DNA of 64,000 bases, from contig CM059432.1 in the NCBI GenBank assembly GCA_030390025.1, positions 51,090,001 through 51,154,000 on the forward strand, in the 5' to 3' direction. The first letter of the stretch is position 1. Every line of letters begins with the position of its first letter. Shown here in pieces: positions 1-12,082 of this stretch. Position numbers and translations under genes: made by a program. Below the pieces are notes generated by a model. The model searched no databases. It was given only the letters and a program-made list of their open reading frames with translations, and was not told the DNA's origin. This stretch comes from Squalus acanthias (lineage: Eukaryota).

Positions 1-336
1 AGTTGTTCATGATGATCCCTTTAAATAGCGCTGCTGTTGGCTCCTTCCTGCTGCTGAATGCTTGCTCAGCTGGTCGTGATTAGGAGAGGGTGGTAAGTGG
101 AGCGGCGACATCCAAAATGGCAGATCATGCGCCAAATCAGCATTGCACACTGATTGACGTCATGATCTGCCTCATTTTCATTTCTGCAGCGAGCGCATGA
201 AACAGCAGCTCTGCCGACCTGCCCAAAATGGCGGCCGCTGCAGGACCTGGCGGAAGTGAGTGGAAACGAGTTGGCCGTGATATTTTCTTCAAAATGGGCC
301 TTAATGGCTGGTGCTAAACCTCCGAATTTCTAGGCC
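1..336. mobile_element. Terminal fragment of a Harbinger-type element, cut by the window edge
   Basis: GC-rich subterminal sequence with TGACGTCA, ending GAATTTCTAGGCC, similar to the AAATT/GGCC(C) termini of the other elements here. Confidence 0.5.
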
Positions 337-1411
337 TATGATTCTATGGGGGAGAAATTGGCCTCCTTTGCGCCTCCCGTTAGCGCATCCGGGGGGCGAT
401 AACGGGCGCTAAGGGCTTACCGACAGGGCGCGGCGAAATTACCGATGCCTGCGAACTTCCATAGCGGGTTAGCGCGGGTGCTAAAACTTACCATCTCGAT
501 CTCCTGCGCCCCTGAGATCGTGACGTCATCCAGTGCGCAGCGCCCCGTTATCGCCATGGATGCAAAATTCGCTTCTGCCGCCTGCAGCATTGCCAGGCGT
601 CAACAACGGCAGCTGCAGGAGGCGTTGTCACCTTGGCTGGCTGCTTGGGGAGCGCTAATTAAAGGCAGTGGTGGTCAGGTAGACAAAATTAGGGCACATG
701 GAATTGGGGGTAATATACTAGCATGGATTGAGAATTGGTTAACAGACAGAAAACAAAGAGTAGGGATAAACAGGTCTTTTTCAGGATGGCAGGCTGTGAC
801 TAGTGGGGTACCGCAAGGATCGGTGCTTGGGCCCCAGCTATTCACAATCTATATCAATGATTTGGATGAGGGGACTAAATATAACATTTCCAAATTTGCT
901 GATGATACAAAGCTAGGTGGCAGTATCAGTTGTGAAGAGGATGTGAAGAGGCTTCAAGAGGATCTCGACAGGTTCAGTGAGTGGGCAAGAACATGGCAGA
1001 TGGAATATAATGTGGATAAATGTGGAGTTATCCACTTTGGTAGAAAAAACAGAAAGGCAGAGTATTTCCTAAATGGTGAAAGATTGGGGAATGCAGATGT
1101 TTAAAGGGACCTGGGTGTCCTTGTACATGAGTCACTGAAAGTGAATGTGCAGGTGCAGCAAGCCATTAGGAAGGCAAATGGTATGCTGGCCTTCATTACA
1201 AGAGGATTTGAGTACAGGAGTAAAGAAGTCTTACTCCAATTATATAGGGCATTGGTGAGACCACACCTGGAGTACTGTGTACAATTTTGGTCCCCTTACC
1301 TAAGGAAGGATATACTTGCCAGAGAGGGAGTGCATCGAAGGTTCACAACATTTATTCCTGGGATGGCGGGACTGTCGTATGAGAAGAGATTGAGTAAACT
1401 AGGCCTGTATT

Positions 1412-1445
1412 CTGACGAAAGGTCTTCGACCTGAAACGTTAACTC
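1412..1445 (+). ncRNA. Minimal type I hammerhead ribozyme core (Penelope type)
   Basis: CTGACGA, then stem II AGGTC-TTC-GACCT, then GAAA, then palindromic AACGTT. The 5' strand of helix I is truncated in this copy. Confidence 0.7.
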
Positions 1446-1542
1446 TGTTTCTCTCTCCACAGATGCTGCCTGGCCTGCTGAGTTTTTCCAGCGTTTTCTG
1501 TTGTTATTTCGGATTTCCAGCATCTGCAGTATTTTGCTATTG
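1412..1542 (+). mobile_element. Solo Penelope-like pLTR fragment inserted in the CR1
   Basis: Flanked by a 14-bp direct repeat TAGGCCTGTATTCT (1400-1413 and 1543-1556); homologous to the Penelope end at 19910-20015. Confidence 0.85.
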
Positions 1543-4096
1543 TAGGCCTGTATTCTCTTGTATTCAGAAGAATGAGAGGGGATCTCATTGAAGCATACAA
1601 AATTATTACAGGGTTTGATAGGGTGGATGCTGGGAGAATGTTTCCCTTGGCTGGGGAGTCTAGAACCAGGGACCACAGCCTCAGGATAAAGGGTAGGCCA
1701 TTCAGGACTGAGATGAGAAGAAATTTCTTCACACAGAGGGTGGTGAATCTTTGGAATTCACTACCCCAGAGGGCTGTGGAGGCTCAGTCATTGGGTATAT
1801 TCGAAACAGAAGTCGATAGATTTCTGACTAGTAAGGGCATCAACGGATATGGCGATAGGGCCGATGAATGGAGTTGAGGCAGAAGATCAGCCATAATCTT
1901 ATTGAATGGCGGAGCGGGCTCGAAGGGCCGAATGGCCTACTCCTGCTCCTATTTCTTATGTTCTTATGTTCTTAAAATTTAATAACGTCCCCAGTGTGCT
2001 GTATTTTGATTTTTTTCCAGCCCGCGATTGATCAGCCCCACTGAGGCTGATATGCATGTATCGCAGGTGCTGTTGATGACCATTCCCAGCCTCAGCCTTC
2101 AATGACTGCAGCATTGGCCTTTCCCTTTAAGGGAGGGAAGGAGCCTGTAAAACCGACAGCGCTCCATGGAACATTGTTCAGCACACTGCCGCTACCACCC
2201 CTCTCGCTCCCTTTAAAGCTCTGAGGAAAGTGGTTAGCGCTTAATTGAGTGTTCCACTTCCCTCTTGGAGTGCTAAAGCTGAATTTCCCGTCAGGAGAGA
2301 ATCATTAGCGCCTAGCACTACTTTTCCTACTTTTCAACCGGGGCAATACCCAATTTCTAATACCCTCCATTTTCAACATAACTTATGCTGAAAAACATGA
2401 ATTTTGCCACTGGAAGATGTTAAGGGTAAGCATTCTAGTGATACCTTTAGTTTGAGAAATCTTAGTTGGGCAAAATTAAAGTATACAGATCCTTTAAATC
2501 AATTGTGTTTTCTTCAAGAGAAACATAAAAACTGGTAAATGCTGGAACTTTGAAATCAAAGCAGTTTCCCCACAAAGAGGAAGGAAGGATTACCCAAACC
2601 ACACTCAAACATAGCAATTACACAGCCACATTGGAAGGAGTCTGGGAACAAGGTTCTTCTCTGTGTTCTGCATGGTGTGGTGTGGAGTCCAAGAGTAAGA
2701 GGAGAAAAATATATCTATTTTTTGATCTACAATATTTTGTTTGCCAACTAAATACAAACTGGACTAATCATATCATTCCAGAAAGTGGAAATGCATGGCA
2801 GGCCTATTAGCGATTGCAAAGTGAAAAGATGGATTCATGTTTCATGTGCTGACCCTTCAGTGGAAGATATTTGATTTGTTTGTTCAAGTTATCTTATTTT
2901 TAAACTCTGTTTCAGATATAAGCACAGATTGCTCAGTAAGAAATTCCATAGTTATTAGTAACTGGAAATAACTGTGATATTAGTATATGAATGTTTGAAG
3001 CATTTATAAGAACATAAGAACATAAAAAATAGGAGCAGAAGTAGGCCATTTGGCCCTTCGAGCCTGCTCCACCATTCAACAAGATCATGGCTGATCTACC
3101 TCAACTCTACCTTCCCGCACTATCCCCATATCCCTTAATTCCCTTAGTTCCCAAAAATTTATCGACCTCTGTCTTGAATATACTCAACGACTGAGCATCC
3201 ATAGCGCTTTGGGATAGAGAATTCCAAAGATTCACAACCCTTTGAGTGAAGAAATTTCTCCTCATCTCAGTCCTAAATGGCCAACCTCTTATTCTGAGAT
3301 TGTGATGCCATGTTCTAGATTCCCCAGCCAGGGGAAACATTTTCTCAGCATTAACCCTGTCAACCCCTTAAGAATTTTATATGTTTCAATGAGATCACCT
3401 CTCATTCTTCTAAACTCCAGGGAATATAGGCCTTGTCTACTCAATCTCTCCTCATAGGGCAATTCCCTCATCCCAGGAACCAGTCTAGTGAACCTTCATT
3501 GTACTCCCTCTAAGGCAAATATGTATTTCCTTAGGTAAGGAGACCAGAACGGTACACAGTACTCCAGGTGTGGCCTCACCAGTGCCCTGTATATTTGTAG
3601 CAAGACTTCTTTACTCTTATACTCTAATCCCTTTGTAACAAAAGCTAACATACCATTTGCTTTCCTAATTGCTTGCTGTACCTGCATGTTAACTTCTGTG
3701 ATTCATGTACAAGAACACTCAGGTCCCTCTGAATGCAAACATTTCCCAGTCTCTCACCATTCAAAAAATATTCTGCTTTTTTGTTTTTCCTACCAAAGTG
3801 GATAACTTCACACTTCCCCACATTGGCCCACGATTTTGCCATAGAAGGCGGGTTCGCGTTGGGTTAGCTGGTCGGCGGATTCTGGTCCCGCTGCTGGTTT
3901 CAGCTGCACTGAAATAACTATTTTGACTTAACTGGGTTTATTAAGCCCGCCGTGCGCGTTACCCGGCTCAATCAGTGGGTTCGGGTCTGTTGCTCGCCTC
4001 TGCTGACGTCTTTGATTCAGCTGCATTTAAGGGGCACATGCAGCCTTGTGGTGTTTCATTCACATTCTGATGCTTCTCAGTCTTACTGATAGCGAG

Positions 4097-5965
4097 ATGA
4101 CTGCTTCAAGAGCCAAGGCTTCTCCCAGATTTGATGATGACTCCCTCCATGCTCTTGTGGAGGGAGTGAGAGGGCGAAAGGAGGTTCTGTTCCCCTCCAA
4201 TGGACATAGGAAGCCTCCTCAGCAAACCAAGGCAGCCTGGCTGCAAATTGCTGAGGAGGTTTGTGCCAGGTCTTTGTGTTCACGCACCTGGGTTCAGTGC
4301 AGGAAAAGGTTCAATGATCTGCTTACCTTCAATCTGCTGCCCATCTCTTCTCATCACCAGCACTCTGCATTGTCAACCTACTCATCCACATCCCAACTTA
4401 CCCTTACATCCCTTGTACCCTTAACCGTCCCTCTCTATGTACAGACTCACTCCACCATTCTACTGTGCACGCCTCACACTCGCTATCACTTTTATGCAAT
4501 GACAATAACTAATAACACACAGGAAGGGCCCTTGGTATTGGCACCTCACTCCGTCTTTGTCTCCCTCTAAGCATCTATGCTATGGATTCTCTACACTGAC
4601 TCCAGCATTCTCACTCAAACTCTACTTCTGTCCCTCATTGCAGGAAAAGAGAGCCCACAATAAGAGGGAGAGGGTGAGGACATGAGGAGGGCCACCTTCG
4701 ATGGCGCACTTAACCACCACTGAGGAGGCTGCTCGCGACATCGTCGGAGGTGCAGTGGAGCTGGAAGTGGGGGACGGAGAGATGGGCGCAGTAGAGCAAG
4801 CTGGTGACAGAATAGATTTGCAACCCTCTCATTTAGATTTCATGAGTGACTGATATGGCATCTGATGTTCATACAGACTAAGTTCTGATCATCTGCACAA
4901 TGGGATGTGTCTGCTACGTTAATATCACATATCTAACTCATGCCTTTACTCCCCCACAGGAGAGCCCCCCTCTCCACTGTCCAGGAGGAAGAGCCAGAAG
5001 ACTACTCAGAGGAAGCTGCAGCCTCTGAGGGTGCAGTGTCAGCAGAATTGAGCGCACCCAGCTCCAGCGCAGAGACGCACACTTTGGTGGGTCATTCGCA
5101 AGATAGGTTAGTGTTGTCAGCTGGTGTATCACAGCTCACAAGTGAGCATCAGCAGATAATAGAAACAGGGACAGCAGAGGAGTGTCCTCAGCGGAGGATT
5201 GTTGGATGCTCCTAGCTCTGCCCAGCTGCATGTGGACACTGTGCCTCTGGGGCCATCCAGAAAGAGAGCAGTGCTGGAACTTCAGGAACAAGTACAGGAA
5301 TCTCTGACAGGGTTTGCAACCACTGTAACTGCGAGTGTGCAGAGAATGGAGGAGTCCATCTCAAACATGAGCAATGCCATGGTGCACGCAATGGCGAATG
5401 TAGGTGCCGCCATGGAAAGGATGGCAACCTCCATGGAGGACATAAATCGCCAGACTCAAATGAACATGGTGACTCTTCTAAATAGATGGTCTGCTATGGG
5501 GGATAGATGGGCATCTATTGAGGAGAGGAACCAGAGGTACATGGATGTCCCCATTATGAGGACTGTCAGTACAGAGACGGATCCTCATGGCCCCACTGAT
5601 GTACAGCAAGGTGCTCTCCAGCTACTTGCTAGCAGTGAAGTGCGGGTGACCCATGAGAGGGATGTTGGTGGTCGACAGCAATGAAGTGTGGGCTCCTCTC
5701 CAAGTGCTCACACTCCCATGCCACTGCGGAGCCCTCAGAGCCCCAGATTCCTGAACCAACTGAGATGGCCGTCTCAGGCCCTGCACAGCCGCAGGAGGAG
5801 CAGACTGTTGCGGAGTCCTCCCATGCTCCCAAACCCAGAGGACACCCGCCAAAGGTGTCGAAGCAGTTGCAGCATAGAAGTGAGCAAGGTGCCTCTACAT
5901 CTGCTGAAGCCACAGGGGAAGCACCACGTAGAAGCATGCGTAAGAGAAAGTTAACACTCAAATAG
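4097..5965 (+). pseudogene. Harbinger Myb/SANT-like gene, copy A (exons ~4097-4325, 4644-4803, 4960-5965)
   Basis: PRFDDDSL...AWLQIAEEV...RTWVQCRKRFNDL; exon 2 is 160 nt as in the other copies; exon 1 donor deleted; internal stops. Confidence 0.85.
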
Positions 5966-6269
5966 TCATAAGGATAGTCACTTGGGTGTTTTGATCTAAT
6001 GCAAAGTTACGTTTCTCATCGTTATTTCAATTGTATTAAAGAAATGCGATGGTAAAGATTCAAAGAGTTGGCCTATGTGTGCTCAGAAATGGAAGTTATA
6101 CAGTGAGGGGTCAGGGCACCTTTCATCTGTAATGATGGTGGTGTGAGTGATAGGAACCCACAGTTTATTGTACAGATGCTGTATGGTGTGTTAAGAAGGT
6201 CGGTCAGGCACTCATTACCATGTGCCAGCCACATGTGTTTGATGTGTAATCTTACGCAAATCTGGCATG

Positions 6270-6826
6270 GATTAGTGTATCCCTTGCCTCACGGCCAGCA
6301 GTGTGCTCGCGTGCTGGTGGAAGTGGCACATCCACCTCCGCAAGGTCTTTCTCATCTGCCGCCTCCTCCTACTCCTCCTCCTCCTCTTCTGAGGAGGCTG
6401 TGCGCTGAGCCTCTTGTTCCTTGGGCAGCGGTAAGCCACGCTGCTGTGCGATGTTGTGCAGGGCACAGCAGACCACGATGATTCTGGAAACGCTGGCTAG
6501 TGCGTACTGTAGGGCTCCACCAGATCTGTCGAGGCATCTGTATCACATTTTGAGCAAGCCGATGGTTTGCTCTATGATGCTTCTGGTGGAAATGTGGCTC
6601 ACATTGTATCGCTCATCCTCGGCCTGTAAACCCTGTGTTGGGGGTATCTCCTGCGGCACGGAGCAGCCCTGCGCTGACACCCTCTGCCCTGTTCAGCATC
6701 AGGTGGCTGAGGAGAAGGTTGGCGCTCCTGTTGTGGCTGCTGCTGTTGTGCCCGGTTCTGCTGCTGCCGCGGCTGCTCTTCCTCCGATTCTGAGGACCAG
6801 GATGAGAGGGTATAAATGGTTCCCAT
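6270..6826 (-). pseudogene. HARBI1-type transposase remnant with internal deletion
   Basis: N-terminal RRRYPQHRVYRPRMS joined at ~6612 directly to C-terminal RYNVSHISTRSIIEQTIGLLKM*YRCLDRSGG...VCCALHNIA. Confidence 0.85.
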
Positions 6827-9800
6827 TCTGCTGGTATATATCTCAGTTGAGGAATAGATGTTATAAGCGCTCAGTCAATGTGGGGAGAGGGTTTTCCAAG
6901 GAGGTCACAGAGCATATGGATCTCAGATTAAACACTTACAAGCTCAATAGACCTGCAAAATGTGTTCCAAAACCTCAAAACAGGATGTTCTGCCATCTGA
7001 AAGTGAGCCATGTTGCAGGTCCGCTTTTATGCTGCAGGAGCAGCTGTCAAGTATTCAGCTAGTTGCTGAACCCGGCACAATCAGCTGGCGTGTTTGTCGC
7101 ACGACGTGGAACACACTGAAAATATAGCAAAATGGGAAGAGCCTCTTAAAATAGGATTATCCAGGTAGTTAACAAGCTGTTAACTGCCTTAAGTGGCTCT
7201 CTCGCCGCTTGGTGTCGGGTCTGATTGGAACTCGCAGACCCGACACTTTGTAAAGTTGCGTGGAGGTGGGATGGCAGCGGGTTTGCAACCCCCCATCAAT
7301 CAACCAAAGTTAAGGTAAGTAAAACTTTTTCCCACACTTAGCACTTACCTTACACACTTACCTCTGCACACATGCACCCATCACTCACCTGCCCACCGGA
7401 CATATCGACCCCTCCAACCCCTGCAGACCCATGGCCCGCCCCGATAACTTGGCGTGGTTGCCACCTGTCGGGAAGCCCACATTTCAGCAATGAAAATAGG
7501 GATTATGCAAAAAACTGCCTGTTAACTACCTGTTAACAGGCAGTTAATTGTCACTAATCCTTTCCCACCTCGGGGAGTCGGGTCTCAGCACAGGTCGGGT
7601 ACCCGCCGCCAGAGAAACTGGCATGGAGTCGGGTTGGAGGCGGGATGGGGTCGGGACCCCCGAATCTGCAACTTTAAACCCCCCCCCGCCTCCAAACCTG
7701 ACTCCACGGGTCATTGAAAATCCAGCCCATTGTATTCCATTTGCCATGTTTTTGCCCACTCAATCAACCTGTCTATATCTCTCTGCAGCCTCTTTGTGTC
7801 CTCCTCACAGCTTACTTTCCCACCTAACTTTGTATCATCATCAACTTGAATACGTTACACTCAGTCCCTTCATCCAAGTCATTAATATAACTGAGGCCCA
7901 AGCACTTATCCTTAGCTAGTTACAGCCTGCCAACCCGAAAAAGTCCTGTTTATTGCTACTCTCTGTTTTCTGTCCATTAACCAATCCTCAATCCATGCTA
8001 ATATATTACCCCCAATTCCATGAGTCCTAATTTTGTGTAATAACCTCTTGTGTGGCACCTTATCGAATGCTTTTTGAAAATCCAAATACACTACATCTAC
8101 TGGTTCCCCCTTATCCATCCTGCTAGTTACATCTTCAAAAAACTCTAACAGATTTGTCAAACACGATTTTCCTTTCATGCTGACTCTGCCTAATCATATT
8201 ACGATTTTCTAAGTGCACTGTTACCACGTCCCTAATAATAGATTCAAGCATTTTACCTACTACTGATGTCAAGCTAATTGGCCTATAGTTTCCTGTTTTT
8301 TCTCTTCCTCCTTTCTTAAATAGTGTGGTTATGTTTGATACCTTCCAACCCTTGGGGACTGTTCTAAAATCTAGGGAATTCTGGAAGATTAATACCAGTG
8401 CATCCACTATCTCTGCAGCTACCTCTTTTTAAACCCTAGGATGCAGGTCGTCAGGTCCAGAGGATTTGTCGCCACTTAGTCCCAGTAATTTCTCCAGTAC
8501 TATGTCTTCACTTATGCTGATTTCTTCAAGTTCCTCATTCTCTCTAGACCCTTGGTTCCCCATTATTTCCAGAATGATTTTTGTGTCTTCTACTGTGAAG
8601 ACAGATACAAAGTATTTGTTTAATGTCTCTGCCATTTCCTTATAATTTCTCCTGTCTTTGCTTCTAATGAGCCCACATTTGCTTTCACTAGTCTCTTCCT
8701 ATTTACATACCTATAGAAACTTTTACAGTCTGTTTTTATGTCTCTTGCTAATTTACTCTCATATTCTTTTTCCTCTTTCCTTATCCATCTCTTGGTCCTC
8801 CTTTGCTGAATTCTAAAATCCTCCCAATCCTCAGGCTTACTACTCTTTTTGGCAACATTATAAGCCTCTTCCTTTGATCTAATACTATCTTTAACTTCTC
8901 TTGTTAGCCACCTTTAGACCACTTTTCCTGTGGGGTTTTTGTGCCTTAAAAGAATGTATATTTGTTGTAAATTATGTATTAATTCTTTAAATGCTAGCCA
9001 TTGCTTGTCCACCATCATACCTTTTAATGTAGTTCCCAATCTACCTTAGTCAACTCGCCCCTCATACCTACGTAGTTTGCTTTGTTTAGATTTAAGACCT
9101 TAGTTTCAGACTTAACTAAATCACTTTCAAACTCAATATAAAATTCTATCATATTATGGTCACTCTTTCCCAAAGACCCCTTTACTACAAGGTTATTAAT
9201 TAACCCTTTCTCATTGCACAATACTAGATCTAAAATAGCCGGTTCCTTAGTTGGTTCCTCAACATACTGATCTAGAAAACTATCTTGTATACATTCCATA
9301 AACTCGTCCTCCACTCTATTACTGCAAATTTCATTTGCCCAGTCTATATTTAGATTAAAGTCCCCCATGATTACTGTATTACCCTTGTTACATGCACCTC
9401 TAATTTCCTGATTTATACTCTGCCCTACATTAAAACTATTGTTTGGGGGCCTATAAACAACTCCCACCAATGTTTTCTGCCTCTTGTTGTTTCTTAGCTC
9501 CACCCAAACTGATTCTACTTCTTGATTTTCAGAGCTAAGATCCTTTCTCTCTACTGTCTTTGTCCCATCTTTTGTTATCAGGGCTACCCCTCCTCCTTTT
9601 TGATTTTGCCTATCTCTTCTAAAAGTTAAGTATCCTGGAATATTTAGTTCCCAACCTTGGTCACTTTGCAACCATGTCTCCGTAATGGCTATTAGATCAA
9701 ACCTATTCATTTCTATCTGTGCTATTAATTCATTTATTTTGTTGCGAATGCTTTGCACATTCAGATATAGTGCCTTTAGCTTTGACTTTTTTCTATTTTT

Positions 9801-11495
9801 CCCTGATGTCACCTTAGTCATTGATGCCCTATTACCTTTGTTACTCTCTCTGTCCCTTCCTGACCCACTCTGCTTACTTTTAACCAAAACTCTGCTCTGC
9901 TCTAGAGCCTTGACATTTCCCTTGCTGCTTTTAAATTTACTCTTTCCTGAATCCTCCCTCCCCTCATTTCATTAGTTTAAAGCCCTATCTACTGCCCCAG
10001 TTATTCGATTCGCCAGGACACTGGTTCCAGCCTGGTTTAAGTAGAGCCCGTCCCAGCGGAACAGCTCCCTCTTTCCCCAGTACTGGTGCCAGTGGCCCAT
10101 GAAGCAAAACCCCTGCCTCCCACACCACTCTTTCAGCGATGCATTTAACCTTCTAACCTTCTTATCCCTATGCCAATTGACGTGTGGCTCAGGTAACAAT
10201 CCAGAGATTATTAGCTTTGAGGTTTTGCTTTTTAATTTGGACCCCAACTCCTCAAACTATCTCAGAAGAACCTCATTCCTAGTTCTACCTATGTCGTTGG
10301 TTCCTATGTGTATAATAGTTAATCTAGTTCTGAATTTAACCCACTAACCTAACCTAGAGAGCAAAAGAGCTGTAATACTCCCCAACCAGTCACCAACCTG
10401 CTGTCCTGTGACGTCACTCCTTGTTTTTTTATAAGTTGCCGCTCAGCTCCCTTTAAGCTGCCGCCTCCGCTGCTGCCGCTTCCGCTCAGGTCCACACTGT
10501 GTCCTGTGTTATATGATACTTCTCCGTACATTATCTGAATGGAGGTCTTAATCCATTTCTTTTTTGTATTCTAATGCTCCAAACTCTAATTTGTTGGATG
10601 ATCTAATCAGTTCAGTTAGTATTTAGTTGGCAGACAAAACATTATAAACCACCGTAAAAACTTATATTTTTTCTCCTCTCTGTCTTTCTTGAACTCCATG
10701 CTCCATACCCAGTTAAGAACATAGACAAGAAGCTCAGTCCCAGACTCCTTCCAATGTATTTCTGTAATTGCTCAGTTTGGGTAATCCTTCCTTCTTCTTT
10801 GTGGGGAACTCTTGAACTCCTTTCACTGTTTTCTTCAGGTGATATGGTTGAGATGGAGAAATTAATGCAAGGGGATCATGGATATAAAGTCACTGCTTGG
10901 TATTTGGTGACATAGTGCCCTGGTGCATCAACTCCTTGTACTGAAGGGTTACCTAATCGGAATTTCATATTATCTGTTCCAGAAATCTTATAAATATGGA
11001 ACATTATATTATATTTTAAAAACATCTGACAATAGCTCTTAAGGTGTGATTTTTATGTCGTGATCATGGATTTAACACATGGATGTTGACACTTAGCCCT
11101 CTATACATATGCATGTTTTTTTTTAGTTTGACATGATTGAAAATGTGCTAAACACTCTTTCTCCAGTAAAAATGTCATCCAGTGGCAGCTGATTCACCAG
11201 TAAATACATGGTGTAAGTAGGACAGGGAAAGATCTACTCTTCCGGATGGAGAAAATTAGCATGGAGATGAGCAGCTGCAGAAGTACCCAAACGAAAGCAA
11301 ACATTAAAGAAAGAAAGATAGAAAAAATGAACTTGCATTTATATATTTACTTCTATTTACATAAATTAGAATAAAGGAAATGACAGATGCATGAGTAAGA
11401 ATTTACCTGAAGATCTTCCCTTGTATTTTATGAAAACACACTCTGGGGCAACATAAACAATCTGCTGCTTATCATGCAATTTCAGTAAAATCAAT

Positions 11496-11850
11496 GGGGG
11501 AGAAATTGGATAGCGTGTGGACTGGCTGCAGAGAACAATCCCTGAACCAGGTAGGCCTGAGACCAGATCAAAATTGGACCTTGGGCCTCAATTAAATTAG
11601 ATCGATGAGCTGCGGATGCCTGTGGCACGTCCACAGGCAGCTTACTGGCGAAGCAAACATCAATTTCGGGCTCGGCCCTCAGGTAGGTCATGAGGGCGGG
11701 GGTGGGGGGTGGAGGCAATCAGGGCTGCAGCAGAGCCGGGAGCAGCAATCTCACTCCTCCGGGCTCCACATTCAGGTAATTCTTTTCACAAAGCTTACCT
11801 TGTTGGTGGCCAGCTCAAGCGATCCCTTTAAGGACTGTTGGTTAAGCAGT
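11496..11850. mobile_element. Left fragment of a Harbinger-type MITE, followed by an L2-type tail (11851-11900)
   Basis: Starts GGGGGAGAAATTGG as at 348; followed by CTACGTTAAAGGTGC..ATAAATACAAG(TTG)n. Confidence 0.55.
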
Positions 11851-12082
11851 GTTTTACTACGTTAAAGGTGCCATATAAATACAAGTTGTTGTTGTTGTTT
11901 ATGCTGAACACAGCAGGCCCGGCTCTCACTGCATCTGGTTGCCTGCCAACCCAGAGCCTGCACAGCCATAATCCACAAAATCATTACTAGGTAGGTATAC
12001 CTTTGCCTGTAGATGCTGGTGTCAATATCACAGTATTATGTCACTGTCTAGATGCTGTCATTGGGGTGTAATTTTAATATAA

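Larger units (their letters stand above)
681..1974 (+). mobile_element. 5'-truncated CR1 LINE (RT C-terminal half and 3' UTR), with stops
   Basis: SGVPQGSVLGP, KFADDTKL, RPHLEYC and VVNLWNSLP motifs; (TTCTTATG)n tail. Confidence 0.95.
348..2365. mobile_element. GC-rich Harbinger-type MITE split by a CR1 insertion (halves ~348-680 and ~1975-2365)
   Basis: Left end GGGGGAGAAATTGG and degenerate right end CCAATTTCTAATACCC; TTAGCGC motifs shared with 12802-13560. Confidence 0.6.
3825..7728 (+). mobile_element. Harbinger A, non-autonomous and chimeric
   Basis: ATT TSD (3822-3824 and 7729-7731) restores the host CR1; ends GGCCCACGATTTT and AAAATCCAGCCC; Myb gene on + and nuclease remnant on -. 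Confidence 0.9.
3006..10500 (-). mobile_element. Near full-length degenerate CR1 LINE interrupted by Harbinger A
   Basis: Tail (TAAGAACA)n at ~3006; RT pieces; APE endonuclease ORF 9024-9887 (ITETW, GDFN, SDH); SGNH esterase-type ORF1 C-terminus at 9972-10247; GC-rich 5' UTR ~10310-10500. Confidence 0.93.

Noticed and set aside
2910..2960. Minus-strand EQSVLISE resembling the next SEA exon
   Set aside because: Only a few residues match and there are no suitable splice sites.
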